NCBI GenBank assembly: GCA_051294375.1
Contig: CM119269.1
Location: 16,022,690 to 16,086,689 of the forward strand
Direction of reading: 5' to 3'
DNA length: 64,000 nt
Source of the DNA: Paraspadella gotoi
Lineage: Eukaryota > Animalia > Chaetognatha
Shown here piece by piece: positions 22,343 through 36,709 of this stretch (positions are counted from its first letter, which is position 1; every line of letters begins with the position of its first letter). A model generated the notes under the pieces. It did not search any database. It was not told where the DNA came from and worked only from the letters and a program-made list of their open reading frames with translations. A program made the position numbers and the translations under genes.

Positions 22343-25300
22343 CTCGGCGTCGTCGTCGTCGTCGTCGTCGTCTTATTCGCCGTCCTAATATTCGTCCTCT
22401 TTCTTCATCGTCTTCGCCATCGCGGAACAAAGTAGATCAATCGACGGCGAAATGTAAAAATGTAAGGACAAGACGACGACGACGACGACGACGACGACTA
22501 ATCACCGCTCCGAGAGGACGACTGCGTGGCGGTGCGGGGGAGGAATTACCGCCGCTGAGGCAGCTGCAGCAGCGGGTGTCGATGCAGGAGCGAGTTTTGG
22601 AGATGGGTCAACGCTCTCTTTCGCTCTCGCTCCCGGCATGGATGAATGTGAAGTTACAAGGCAATGATCGAAAATTAAGTCCGTTCGTCTGATGAATAAA
22701 GATCGATGACCGGAAGCCTCATTTCGGTATAAGAGTTAACTACCAATTTTTAATTAAAATGATATCCTTTAAATTTTTTTTTTTTTTTTTTATATACAGG
22801 AATTGTTTGTTATAAATACCAAAAACAGTATTAACAAAATCGCAACAAAATCAATAACAAAGTGCTAAACAAATAAAACTAAACTAAAGATAAAAAATAT
22901 CCTTTAAATTGCGTTGAAATAAATTTTTTTATGTCGTCATCATCGCTTTTCGGCCGATTCCCGAATAGACGACGATCCAGGTTTGAAAAGTGTTTGGTAA
23001 TTTTTACATTCAAGTTGATAGCGACCATTTTTGTTCTAATAAAATCTTTGATGGAATACAGTGGCTGAGATTAAAAAAAAACCTATGAAAGCTAAACAAA
23101 CAAGGTGACTTGGACATTGCCTTAAACTGCTAAATGCAAATAAAAAAGGCTCAAAGCCTAAATCATAAACTATTCAAAGGTAAAAATGTCCATCACGCAT
23201 AAAACTGGTAAATTTTTCGCAACCGAGTAAACAAAAAATACAGAATCTTCTAACCGTTTTTAAATTAAAGATTTTTTTTTTCAGGATTCTTTTTCTATTT
23301 TTTTTCCCCGAAATTTTTTTTCAAAGAATTCATTCCTAAAACTAAGGCTTTTATTAAAATAATCTATACAAAAATCGAAATTGGTTTATTCTTAAACCTT
23401 GCATTCAAAATCAAGTCATTGCTATGGTAAGAAAGAAAAGTAAGAGGAGGGTGAAGCAGAAGTAGAAAGACTTCGTCGCCGTCTTCGTCGGGTATTCGTC
23501 ATGCTTTGTTATCATCGTTGTCGTTTCCGCCTGAAGTATAAGCTCCAAACCACCGTCAAACCAGAGTCATCAGAAATCCGGAGAATCTGAAATTTATGAT
23601 ATAAGTAAAAAAAAAAAGGTAAAACAGTTAAATTCTTTCTTAAGGATTTTCTGTAAACTGTTCTCACTTCGTGCGGGCCATACCGTAGAACAATCCATCC
23701 ATGAATTTCAGTAACGAGTTGAAAGGTCTTTTCATCCTCTTGATTTCGCCGTAATGCGAACGAAAAATTTGTTCAGGGAAAATCAATAAAACGAAAAAAA
23801 GATCACTGAAATCGCGAATTCCAACGCGGTAAACGTTAAAACTATTCCTTTCGGTTTAACAAACACCACATTATGCGGAAGCCAACTTGAAAACAATAAG
23901 TCGAATCAGTCGTGAAGCAAATATCAGTGATCAAATATCAAATCAAATAACAAAGATTTAGTTAGTTAGTGTTTTTTGATTTTGTTGAATTTTAGTAGTT
24001 TAGTTTTAACATGTTTATCGTTTTTCAGTCTTTTACACTGTCACTGTTTTTTATTATGTTAATACTGTTTTTGGTATTAATAAAAAAAAACGTTCATTAA
24101 AAAAAAAACCAGTCCACCTGTCAGTTAAGTCGAAAGAAACCGGGAACATATTCTTTTCTCTTATTTAGTAAGACAAAACAATTTCGTTCACCGTTCCTAC
24201 TCTAAAAAAACTATTGGTGAATTTCACAATTTTTCCCTCACATTTTTTCCTTCGATTGAATTTTTAAGAGAAACTGACCCATGAAAGAAAAAGCGTCGCT
24301 TTTTATTACGAGACGCGACGGTTGGACAATTTGACACGACGAGGCGAAAGTCTGACGTTTCCCGGGGTCCGCGGACGACAAGGCCAAGTTATCTCCGCCA
24401 AACACGTCTCGTTGTCATGGAGACGAAATCCGACAGAAGGAAGAGGAGAGAGATGAGAGAAGTAAGTCGAATGGATTGAAAGTCTGAGAGATCTCTCTAG
24501 CGAAAGGACGAAAGCGCAAGGAGATTAAAAATCAAATGATTTTTTTTTGGGGGAAAAAAACCCAAATTAATTTGGACTTGCTCATATACAATTTTCTGGT
24601 GACATATAATCTCATTTCAATAATCAAGACCGGTTGGACTGTTTTGTACAGCGTAACATCAATAAAAAGTTTCTCTTAACAATCAATCAGGACCAGCTGC
24701 GCCATCTATCTAAAATAGTTCAATCAAGATCAAATTAATAAAGAAATTATCCGCGAGCGATTAATATCACTACCGTTGGATACGACTGTTCCTAACGCTT
24801 CATTTTCGAACACCATCCCGGGTTCTCGCCCCTGGTCGAAACATCTTGCAAAAACAGTGACGGGCCCTTAAACCACAGGTAACATGCCCTACCGGCCGGA
24901 TCAAAACTTCCCGGAGAGCAAGGCAACATGACGGCAAAAACCCCAGACGACTGTCACACTAGCTATGGGGGCAACATATCCCTATCACTTCATCAAAAGA
25001 GTGCATTATAGCGACGCGTCCCTTCTCACCATCACACGTCTTCCTGTGGACGATTAAATTCTTTTTTTCACAAGTCTCACGACCGATCGGACGATGCATC
25101 CACCCCGTGGCCAACGAAATGCCATCCTACTATCTCTAAGATAGAAAGACCGCTTTGTTCTGTCAGCTCACGAAAGACGACAGAGCTGATAATTGGGCCT
25201 CCTCCATCGTCCCTTCTTTTCTACCTCCCGCCGCCCCGCCCCTCTTCGCTTCATGAACGAAAATATTTAACAAAGAGGAAGGATATTTTTTCTTCTTCTA

Positions 25301-28300
25301 TTGTCGTAGCGAAAAAAATTCGTCTCCATTCCATTATTTTTTACTTTATCTCTTCCCATTTTTAAACTTAACTCCCTAAGTTTAGTCTCTTATGAATCGC
25401 TGTAAATGATAATAAAATGAATAGGTGGACTAAAATCTACAACCGTCATCAGCGGCCATTGGTGCCGGAGGCAAGTCATTCACCGTCCAAACCCCAAAAG
25501 GTCCCCCGGGGGGTTTTTCTCAGCCGCCGTTGGTTCCGTCTAGCCAGTTAAAGGGAACGGGCGCTTAACGCCGCCTGTTAAACACCGCCTGATCCGAAGT
25601 CTCAGGAGACTGCGGCGTTATATTGAAACGGTTCTGTCATTATACACTTATCAATAATTACTTGACATCTTCAGGAAATATTGATCTGTATAAATATTTA
25701 TAAATCTTTTTTCCCAATTATAGCTGCTTCGTGGCGATAATACTACATTCAAGTTTTTCACAGGTGCCATCCAAAACATCGTTCCGTCCCTCCATATTTC
25801 ACAAGTAACTTGGTACATGTACTTCACATCACCTCTCCTGCAATCACTTCGCACGTTCCCTACCCGATCAATACACAGTCCCAACCCTAAACCCCCCCCC
25901 AAATCACCCGCCTACCCGCCACCCCGCCACCACCAATCGCCAAATATCGCAGGGAATCTCGCGAGTCGAATTCCGTCGCTCGTTCCAAATGTAGCGCAAC
26001 CGAGGAAAATAGGCCAACGATCCTCGAGCGTTGTCGTCGTGCGTCGTTGTTGTCAGTGGTCGCGTCGTTGTTGTCGTCCCATCTTGCGGTGGTTATCACA
26101 ACATCGCAGGTCTTAATTGTCTCGTCGTCCTCTTTTTATATAAACGTAATCAATAGTCATAATCGAGAACTTCACAACTATCCTCTGTTATAATTGTTAG
26201 TTTTCTAATTCACGTTAGAATCATCCAATCGACCCCCGCATTGAGACTATCTTAACTCCGGAAGTCTAGCTCTGAAGGTCCGTTTTCATAAAATATGAGT
26301 TAATCATGATTTAAACTTTTATCTTTCAATAATATATATAACACAATCGCAAGTTCTTCGGCTAAAAAGGTACGTCGTCGTCGTCGTCGTCGCGTCGTCG
26401 TCGTCGTCGTCCTCCGTCGGTCGTCGTCGCGTCGTCGCGCTATATTCGCCGTCCTAATATTCGTCCTCTTCTTCATCGTCTTCCGCCATCCGGAACAAAA
26501 GTAGATCAATCGACGGCGAAATGTAAAAATGTAAGGACAAGACGACGAGACACGACGACGACACGATAACACCTGTCTCCGAGAGGACGACTGCGTGGCG
26601 TGCGGGGAGGAAATTAACCGCCGCTGAGGCAGCGCAAGCAGCGGGTGCGAATGGCAGTGAGCGAGTTTGGAGATGGGTCTAACGCTCTCTTCGCTCATGC
26701 GCCTCCCCGCATGGAATGAATGTGAAGTACAAGGCAATGAAAAATTCGGAAAAATTAAGTCCCGTTTCGCTGATGAATAAAGATCGATGAACCGGAAGCC
26801 TCATTTCGGTATAAGAGTTAAACTACTACAATTTAATTAAAATGAATCATTTAAATTTTTTTTTTTTTTTTTTTTTAATAGCAGGAATGTTTGTTATAAT
26901 ACCAAAAACAGTATTAACAAAATCGCAGCAACAAAATCAATAACAAAGTGCTAAACAAATAAAACTAAGCTAAAAATAAAAAATATCCTTAAGATTGCGT
27001 TGTAATAAATTTTTTTATGTCGTCATCACGCTTTATTCGCCGATTTCCCGAATAACGACGATCCAGGTGTGAAAAGTGTTTGGTAATTTTAACATTCAAG
27101 TTGATAGCGACCATTTTTCTAAAAAATCTTGATTGAAATACAGTGGCTGAGAGATTAAAAAAAAACTTGAAAGCTAAACAAACAAGGTACTTGACATGTC
27201 CTTATACTGCTAAATGCAAATAAAAGGCTCAAAGCCTAATTATACATAAACACTATCAAAGTTTTAAAAATGTCCATCACGCATAAAAACGGGGTAAATT
27301 TTCGCAACCGAGTAAACAAAAAAGCTACAGATCTCTTAACCGTTTTTAAATTGAAGATTTTTTTTTTCAGATTCTTTTTCTATTTTTTTCCCCGAAATTT
27401 TTTCAAAGAATTCATTCCTAATGACTAAGGCTTTTAATTAAAATCTATACAAAAATCGAAATTGGTTATGTTCTTAAACCTTGGCATTCAAAATCAAGTC
27501 ATTGCTATGGTAAGAAGAAAAGTAAGAGAGGGTGAAGCAGAAGTAGAAAAACTTCGTCGCGTCTCGTCGTGTATTCGTATGCTTTTATCATCGTCTGTCT
27601 TTCCGCACTGAAGTATGAAGCTTCCAAACCACCGTCAAACCAAGAGTCATCAGAATCATCCGGAGAATCTGAAATTTTAAATGATATAAGTAAAAAAAAA
27701 AAAGGTAAAACAGTTAAATTCTTTCTTAAAGGATTTCTGTAAAACTGTTCTCATTCGGCGTGGCCATACCGTAGACAACTCCATCCAAGAATTTCAGTAA
27801 CGAGTTGAAAGGTCTTTTCATCCTCTTGAATTTCGCCGTAATGCGAACGAAAAAATTTGTTCAGGGAAAATCAATAAAACGAAGAAAAGATCACTGAAAT
27901 GCGCGAATTCCAACGCGGTAAACGTTAAAAACTATTCCTTTTCGTTTACCCCAGTCTTATGCGTGATAGTCTGTAACTTGAAACAAAGTCGAATCAGTCG
28001 TGAAGCAATATCAGTGATCAAATATCAAATCAAATAACAAAGATTAGTTAGTTAGTGTTTTTTGATTTTGTTGAATTTTAGATAGTTTAGTTTTAACATG
28101 TTTATCGTTTTTCAGTCTTTACAACTGTCACTGTTTTTTATTATGTTAATACTGTTTGGTATTAATAAAAAAACGTTTCATTAAAAAAAAACCAGTCCAC
28201 CTGTCAGTTAAGTCGAAAGAAACCGGGAACATATTCTTTTCTCTTATTTAGGTAAGACAAAACAATTTCGTTCACCGTTCCTACTCTAAAAAAACTATTG

Positions 28301-28644
28301 GTGAATTTCACAATTTTTTCCGCTCACATTTTATCGCTTCGATTGAAATTTTTAAGAGAAACTGACCCATGAAGAAAAAGCGTCGTTTTATTACGAGACC
28401 AACGGTTGACAATTTGACACGACGAGGCGAAAGTCTGACGTTTTCCCGGGGTCCGCGGACGACGGCCAGTATCTCCGCCAAAACACGTCTCGTTGTCAAT
28501 GGAGACGAAATCCGACAGAAGGAAGAAGAAAAGAAAAAAAAAAAACACAATAAAACAATTTTTTTAATTCCGTCGGGAATATGCATAAAATGAAGTTATT
28601 AAGCCGCGATTTTTCACGTGACGGGAAAGAGAGAGAGAGAGAAT

Positions 28645-28729
<85 letters not shown>

Positions 28730-28769
28730 CGATATTTAGGTGTANNNNNNNNNNNNNNNNNNNNNNNNN

Positions 28770-31700
28770 GCAGAAGGGAAGAAACGAAAAGAAAAAAAAA
28801 AAAACACAATAAAACAATTTTTTTATTCCGTCGGGAATGATGCATAAAATGAAGTTAAATTAACCGGCGATATTTACGTGACGCTGGAAAGAAGAGTATG
28901 GGAGGAGAGAGATGATGTGAAGGTGAGATGGATTAGGAGATGAGAGAGGTGAGGAGAGAGATCGAGGTGAGCGGGCGACGTTGGACTTTTTGTAGATAGG
29001 AGTGAATGACTGAGCCTGAACGTTAGTATCCGATCTGTCGAGATACGGTTTAAATATCGCGTATATATGTTATTAGTCAATAACCTAATATGCCGGTTTA
29101 GCTATCCACAGTTTGATCATACTGCCTACGGGTCCGAGCCAGACCACAACATAAAGCGCGGGGACCTTTAACGCTCTCTGTGTGATTGCTCGCACTCCCC
29201 TGCAACTCGAGTCTTTTGATAAGAATCCTCATGTTGGGATCAATCCGTGCTGCATGAAACGTCGTGGGGAGCAGAAAAAGGGCCGCATGGGCACCAGGGA
29301 AAAAAAGGCGGAGAAATCTTCGAATAGGCCGACGTCGTCGAGACACAATTGACAAAAGGCACAAACGGCTTAGCCCCAGAGCTCTAACAACACAAACGAC
29401 AAACCACTGGCTGTGACGGGCATCCGAAGCCCAGACGACGCGACGTTCGAAGACACGGTCTAATGTCAGGGGCGGCAGCGGCTTGGCTAATCTAAATCGC
29501 AGATCGGCTCCCCTCCAGAAAAAATGCATTAAAAAAATGGGATTTCCGGAAAAGAAACTGCATAGCGGCGGAATATTAAACGGAGCCGATCGCGGACATT
29601 ATTTTCTTACTTTACTTTTGCGGAAGCAATCGATTGCCGGCCGCCAGCGGCACGGCGAAGCAGCGGGGCGAAAAAATAAAAAGAAAGATGAAAAATGAGA
29701 CATTTACGAGGAAGATAGCTTATAACTGACCAATCACCATTTATTCGTCAGATTAGCTTAATCGTCCCCTATTGGGACTCTTAACCACACCCTATATTCC
29801 GCCCCGGGCTACCGTTATTCCGCTCTAATACAGCAGATAAGGATTGGTAGAATTTATCTGTTTTTTAAACAAGTATGCCCATCTGTGGTCCTGATATCTC
29901 ATATTGTTGTCTTACAAGTTCGAATAAACCAACAAAGGGACGAGCAGCTACACAAAGGAGTTATTCAATCTTTCGACAGTCAAAGGACAAGAGAGAATAC
30001 ATAATTCTTACTTGTGTAATTCTGATCGAATGAATGAAAATTAAAGCAAGTTCACTCTTTATAATACCGCGAAATAATCATCGCATACTCTGTTTTCGAA
30101 AATCTTCCGTACAGGTCTTTTGCTCTTCCACTCGTTCTCGAAGGATCCTTTCTTCGGTCGCTTATTCTCCTCCCTTTACACCTTTACTTCCTCACATTAC
30201 CAGCTTTTTTTTACTTACGTTTTCATGACTCCTTTCCTCTCTCTTCTCTATCTCTTCCGCTCGTTATCTATCTTTCTTATTTCCCATATTTCTCTTCCTC
30301 CCCCTCCTCAAACAACCCACTCTACCCCCTCTACCCCACCTCGGCCATAATCACTCTCTCTAAATTTTTCTACTTACTCGTACTTTCTTCCCTATAATTC
30401 ACTTCGAAAATCCTCACAATTCAACGCCATCATTTTTATATTTATGCTACATTCAACCGTCTCGCGTTACCATATTCCTTAAAATCCTGAGGAGAGAGCA
30501 AGATTATTTGCACGGCACCCGCAGCGTTTGCCAAGGATAACGTGTGTTCAAGCCATCTGAATTATGATCAACGCATATAAATCGCTTTTCATCGCCATTT
30601 AATTCCTTTTTATTTTTTTGCGAATTAATACGCGGAAAGTTTCCGCGCGCACTCGGCTCTGGATCGTGCCGTCTCTTGCTTGTAACGTCGAGTTTGTTAG
30701 TTGTAATATATCAACTTGTTCGAGGCGAATCGCAATACCGCGTCGCTCGCACGACAGTCTTCGTCCTCGCAGCCGCTCGCCCCGACCCTTTAGGCCCGAG
30801 CAGTGTTTTCGTGACAGCTGCCGACTCACGCTTCTCCAATCGACGTACAAAAGTTGTTCGAGCAATAAGATTATAGTTTACCGCTGCGCTCGTACCGCAT
30901 CTAGAGCTCTCTGCTCCTCGATAGCGGTACTTGAGTGGGAACGAACTTAGTGCAGACCACTACCTTCGTGTATGTTCAGCCAAGTGAATATGGCGTCTTG
31001 CATTGAATGCGCTATGCTCCTGCGAAAATATTAGAAAAATTCTTGACACTTTTAATCCTCGCCTCGCTGATCGTAGGAGAATTTGACCGGTTAAAAGAAC
31101 TCCGAGGCTCGCTAAATACATTGGAGACCACAGGCAAGGATCCGGTTGAAGCAAAAAATTCGACTTTCGACAGCGATGAACTCTGGCGCTTTTTCCGGAC
31201 TCGTCAAGACTGCTACTACTTGGACATGCTGGAGCTTAGCAGACTTTCGGCCGAGGCGCCCCGCTCGTAAGATATTCTCTCGAAGTCGCAGGAACTCAAA
31301 TCAGGGCTCACACCAACCGATGGGTGCTCATCGTGACTCGATACGTTTCTCATCCTTCTGCCAGCGATTTTTGATGGCCCATTGCCATGTCATACACTGG
31401 CTGTATATCTCCCCCCACCTGCCCTCAGACCTCCGCTTACGCTAGTCTATCTGCTCGTCTCCCTTTTCGCTCCGCTCTCCGCCAATTCGTACGCGGTTTT
31501 TTAGTGTTTTCTTTATTGTTTCCCTTTCCTTTTTTGTTTTCATGTTCTTTCTCTTCCTTCCGATTTTGTATCCATTCTATCACCCGCCGAGAGAAGGAAG
31601 GACGGCGGATCCAAGGTTGAACATTGCAGGATGATTATCCAGTAAACCGCGTGACATCGATTATACTTCTATCATCGTTCGTTCGACGGACTGTAGCAAA

Positions 31701-34700
31701 GATTTCTGGTGGGGTGAGTGTAATAGAAAAATATGCCAAAGTTATGTTTTTTTTTCTAGGCTTTTTTTTTTAGTTCTATTGAACTGGAGTCCTGATGATT
31801 ACTGGTAATCATAACTTTTAATGAGTTAAAGAAAAAGGTTACAATTTACCTGGAAAGGGATACGAGTATTTTCGGCAAAGGTAAGTCCTTTTTTTTAAAT
31901 CATTCAACTGGAATAACGAAGCATCAAAAAGGAAAATATTTCAAACGTTCTTCATGTTTGCACTTTGCAGAATACAATGCTTTAATCAATGGACTATAGG
32001 ATTACCCCAAATTCTTCTGCATAGTTTTCAAGGAAAACGAATTCAAAATAAACAAATTGTTTTCATTGTCGACTTCATGTTTATATCCAACTAATCTCCA
32101 CGACGCTCACGTTTCTTATTTCAAAAATATATCCGAGTCTCCGCCATTTATTTCCCTTCTTTTCGCTCGATTTTGTCTTCTCTCTCTCTCTCTCTACTCT
32201 TACTCTACTCTTTCTCGTTTCACTCACTCCTTCTACTCTTCTCTCTTCTTCTCTCTCTTGCTCTCTCTTCTCTCTCTCTCTCTGCCTCTCTCACAGTCCT
32301 GGGCAAATCGACCGATAGCGAATATCATGAAAAACAGCTGAGAGGCACAGAGCGGATTCCGCTTAGGAATAAGTCCGAGGAGGGAAAGAAACACCATGTT
32401 CCAGACGAGGCAATTCATGCCGACGAAGCATCATCTATGGTGACAAAAAAAAAAATATCAGACGCCACATCCACTCACCTATTCCAATGCGCGCATTAGA
32501 GAGAGCGAGTGAAGGATGAGAGATACCTGGTGATTCTTTTTTTTCAAAGTCAGGAAAATTCTACAATCTTTTTAAAAAAAAAATATGTCACAATCGAGAG
32601 CCAAGCACGACAAGAGAGAAGCGATGTGAGAACCGTGGCGAGAGCGTTTTATCGAGGGTGAGAATGCGAGAGAGAGAGAAGCGACTCTTTGGGCGTTCTG
32701 GCCCCGAAGAACAAGTCGGACGAATAGACACGAGTGTATAATCCCCGCACGAGTTTATCCTAAATGATCGAAAAATTAGTGTCGCAGATGAAGGGACTTA
32801 GTCTGTGATCCGACTCCCCAGACTCGAAAGAACCTCACGTCGCATCGTCGGGGGAGAAAAAAGGCGCATGGAGGGAAAAAAGGCGGAGGCGGCGACCGGC
32901 GGCGGCTTGCGGCATCGGCGGCGGCAGCGGCGGCTTGCGGCAGCGGCGGCTTGCGGCAGCGGCGGCGAGCAGCGGCGAAATGAGCATTTCGAGATGCTCT
33001 GACCAAATCCGTCAGTGCTGTAGGGATTAAACATAATGCTACCGTTAGTCGCCAAAGCAATAAGATTTAACTTTATCTTTTTTTAAAAATTGCATGTCTG
33101 TGGTCCTGATATCTCATTTGTTTGTTTACAAGTTCGGATAAACCAAACAAAGAGACAGCAGCTACACAAAGGATATTCAATCTTTCAATAAAGCAAGAGT
33201 ACATTTATTTTGAATTTTGGTCATTTTTTCCGGAAATATCATCCTTTCCTCGGGCTCTTCCGGTCTTTGCTCTTCCCTTTCCCGGCCTTTCTTCGTCTTT
33301 TTCCCTATAACTATAACCTGTACCGTTTTCAGACCCTTCCACCCTTGTCACTTCCGCCCCCTCTACCCCCTCTACCCCCTCTACCCCCTCGGCCTTCACT
33401 CTCTCTATCTCACTCCGACTCTAAATACGAAAAACACCAAAAAAAAGAAATAATCTCGTTACCAATTCCTAAAATCAGCAGATATTTTCCCGCGCGCCAA
33501 GGATATGTGACATTGTTTGACAACTTATCGCTTTTCTCGCATTTTTCCTTTTTTTTTATGCAATTAAAGCGAAGTTTCGACGGGTGTGCGTCCTTGTTGT
33601 CGTTGTTGTTGTTATCATTGTCGTCGCTCCGCGTCGCTCCACGACGCCTCACCGCCGTCACCCCGAATTAGCCGTGGGTGACACTCCGACTCACTTTACT
33701 ACAATTCAGCAATAGTTGACGGCCTTCACCGTTGGCTTCGTCCGATGGTCTTGGTGGGAAAACTTCAATAGTTATTAAAGTAATTGTCGTTTCATTGACG
33801 CGAGTGCCGCAAAATATAAAAATTTTGACGCTTTTAATCCCCGTGTGACGTAGAATTTGACGTAAAGAATGACGCAAAAATTGACGCAGGAGTTGAAGCA
33901 AAAATTCACGCGTGACTCTGGCGTTTTCGGCGGCAGCGGCAGCGGCGGCGGCCCGCCGGCAGCAATTTCTTGGAAGTCGCGAACGTCAAATCAAGCTCAA
34001 ACGTCTCATCGTGCTCACACTTTCAATCCGCACATTTTTTTCCCTGCTATTCATCACATGCTATGCGTCCCTTCCACCTGCCGCGACTCACACCACCATC
34101 ATCCTCTCCCCCCCCTCCCCCCAATCGACGGCGTTTTTTTATGTTTTTTTATATTTTGCCCTTTCCTTTTTTTTTTCATGTCTCTGTCTCTTCCTTCCTC
34201 GATTTTGTATCCATTCTCATCATCCCGCGGAGAAGGACAGGGAGCGGATCATTGCATAGCATGATATTACGACGATAGATAGAACCTGACATCGATTAAC
34301 TTCTTCATCGTTCGTTATCGACGACTCGTAGCAAAGATTTTCTGGATTGGTGTTGTTGAAGTAGTAATAGAAATAATTGCAAAGTTAGTGTTTTTTATTT
34401 TAGGCTTTTTTTTAGTTTCTAATTGAAACTGAGTCCTGATGTATTTAAGGTAATCATTAACTTATTAAAGAGTTAGAAAAAGGTTACATATTACCTGGAA
34501 AGGGATACGCAGTATTATTTCGGCAAAGGTAAGTCCTTTTTTTTAAATATTCCAACCTGGATAAACGATAGCATCAAAAAGAGGAAAAAATATTTCAAAC
34601 GTTCTTCATGTTTTGCACTTTGCAAGAATACAATGCTTTATCAATGGACTATTAGGATTACCCCAAATTCTTCTGCATAGTTTTCAAGGAAAACGAATTT

Positions 34701-35124
34701 CAAAATAAAGTCAAATTGCTTATTTCATTGTCGAACTTCATGTTTATATCCAAACTAAGTCGTATCCACGGGAACGCTCACGTTTCTTATTTCAAAAATA
34801 TCCGAGTCTCCGCCAATTTAATTTCCCTACATTTTCTGCTTCGATTTTGTCTTCTCTCTCTCTCTCTCATCATCTAGCACTCTTCTCGTTCCTCTCCTCT
34901 CTCCTCTCCTCTCTTCTCTCTCTCTCTTCTCTCCTCTCTCTTCTCTCTCTCCTCTCTCACGTCCTGGCAAATCGACTCAATATCATGAAAAGTGAAGCAA
35001 GACGATTGTTAGTGTCCGAGGCGCGCTGACGACACCATGTTCCAGACGAGGCTCATTGCCGACGAGCATCATCTATGGTGACAAAAAAAAAACAGCGCCA
35101 CTCCATCATTCCAATGCGCGCATT

Positions 35125-35200
<76 letters not shown>
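28770..35200 (+). repeat. Block present three times: ~28770-32500, ~32500-35200 and ~46510-49984
   Basis: ~28900-31500 matches ~46650-49250 at a constant offset of 17749 (identical ORF-track translations). Both are insertion-rich versions of ~32500-34300. Confidence 0.9.
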
Positions 35201-35205
<5 letters not shown>

Positions 35206-35728
35206 GGCGGCGAAGACTGTCACGAATGACACGAGAAAGCGCGGTTTATTAGAAAGGGTTAACCGACGTCGCCGGGTTTTAGAGGGGAGATCGGGGGGAC
35301 AGTGGGTGACGGTATGTGAGTGAAGAAAGTGGATGAAGAGCTGGGGGAGGAGTTGTTAGAGTAGGGAGAGGAGCGACGGGAAAAATGCGGGCAGAATAGT
35401 GGGAGAATGTACGGACGAAGGGGTGTCTTGAAACAACGGCCTTGTGGAATGATTATGATGAGAGAATAGAAACATTTCGCTGTTGCCGTTTCCGAGTTGC
35501 AATGAATATATAGAAAAAAAACCGATGAATATCACAAAATATTACTAAAAAATAGGCATATGGATTCGCTAATTCCACCCAAGCGGCGCCATTGCCTCCT
35601 CGCTTCTCCCGGCTTTCATCTTTCATCGACCTGCCACTCAGACTCTTCTTGCTCTCCTCATCAAGCGACGAAATTCTCAAATTATTTTGTTGACTTTTCG
35701 CTTCTTCTTCCAAGTCTCTCCTCCCTCC

Positions 35729-35782
<54 letters not shown>

Positions 35783-35870
35783 TCTCTCTCTCTCTCTCTC
35801 TCTTTCTCTTATCTCTCTTGTTTTCGAAATTTCGAGATTTGACTCTAATCTAACGAGGTGGGATTCTCAC

Positions 35871-36241
35871 TTTTTTAGTTGCGCCCCCCCACGCGAGTAC
35901 TCGCGAGCAACTGCTATAAGTCACTTTTCAGTCCGTCGGTCGGACGGACCGTCGTATGACTATCCGTCGGTCTGTCCCTTTTTTCTATAGTTGGTTGCGG
36001 CATTTGTTAAGACAAAAAAAACCTCAATCTAAGGGACTGCTAGCGCCGCTTCAGGAATTCCTAAAACTATAAGGTATAAAGACAGAATTTCGATGCAGTG
36101 CATGTCATAAAAACACGGGCGAGAAAGTTTTTTAGTCATGTCATGTCATCTCATATCATATCATGTGATCAAAGAGAAATACACGTGAAAAAACAGTCAC
36201 TGCTGCGCAACACAATTGGAATTATCGTTCTTGTTTTTTTT
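35871..36241 (+). mobile_element. HINE/DINE-1-like non-autonomous Helentron-type element (partial copy at 51324-51663)
   Basis: Starts in a T run with TAGTTGCG, then a short inverted partner GCAACT, CTATAAG and a GTCC/GTCG microsatellite. The 3' end has GCGCAAC followed by CTTG and a T run, matching HINE architecture. Confidence 0.55.
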
Positions 36242-36454
36242 AAATAGTGTTTTTAATTAATTATTTTTAATCGATTTCTACCGATAATAAGACAGAAAAT
36301 AGTAAAGTATAAAAATAACGGAAAAAAATATAAAAAATAAATATAAAAAGAAAAAGAAAAGGATTTTTAAAGATAAAAATTCGAAAGAGCGAACAATTGG
36401 GTGGAATCTGAAAAGAGAGGTCGTCGCTATCGGCCGATCGTCGGCCGCTTGTCG

Positions 36455-36513
36455 GCATCCTGTCGGCCTCCTGTCGGCCTCCTGTCGGCCTCCTGTCGGC
36501 CTCTGTCGGCCGC
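36455..36513 (+). repeat. 11-bp minisatellite (TCCTGTCGGCC)n
   Basis: About 5 tandem copies are visible. Confidence 0.85.
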
Positions 36514-36620
36514 CGGTAACGCCGGAAGAAATCTTCACGAATTTTGGGTCTTTGTTTTTTTTTCTTTTCAGGACGGAGGCAGCGATTCTTCCTCGGAGAC
36601 CGATTCATTACCGGTTCTCC

Positions 36621-36709
<89 letters not shown>

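Larger units (their letters stand above)
20445..28525 (+). repeat. ~4-kb tandem duplication (20445-24444 and 24462-28525), with a third very noisy copy at ~43033-46620
   Basis: Collinear homology throughout; differences are mostly 1-2-nt indels. Confidence 0.9.
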
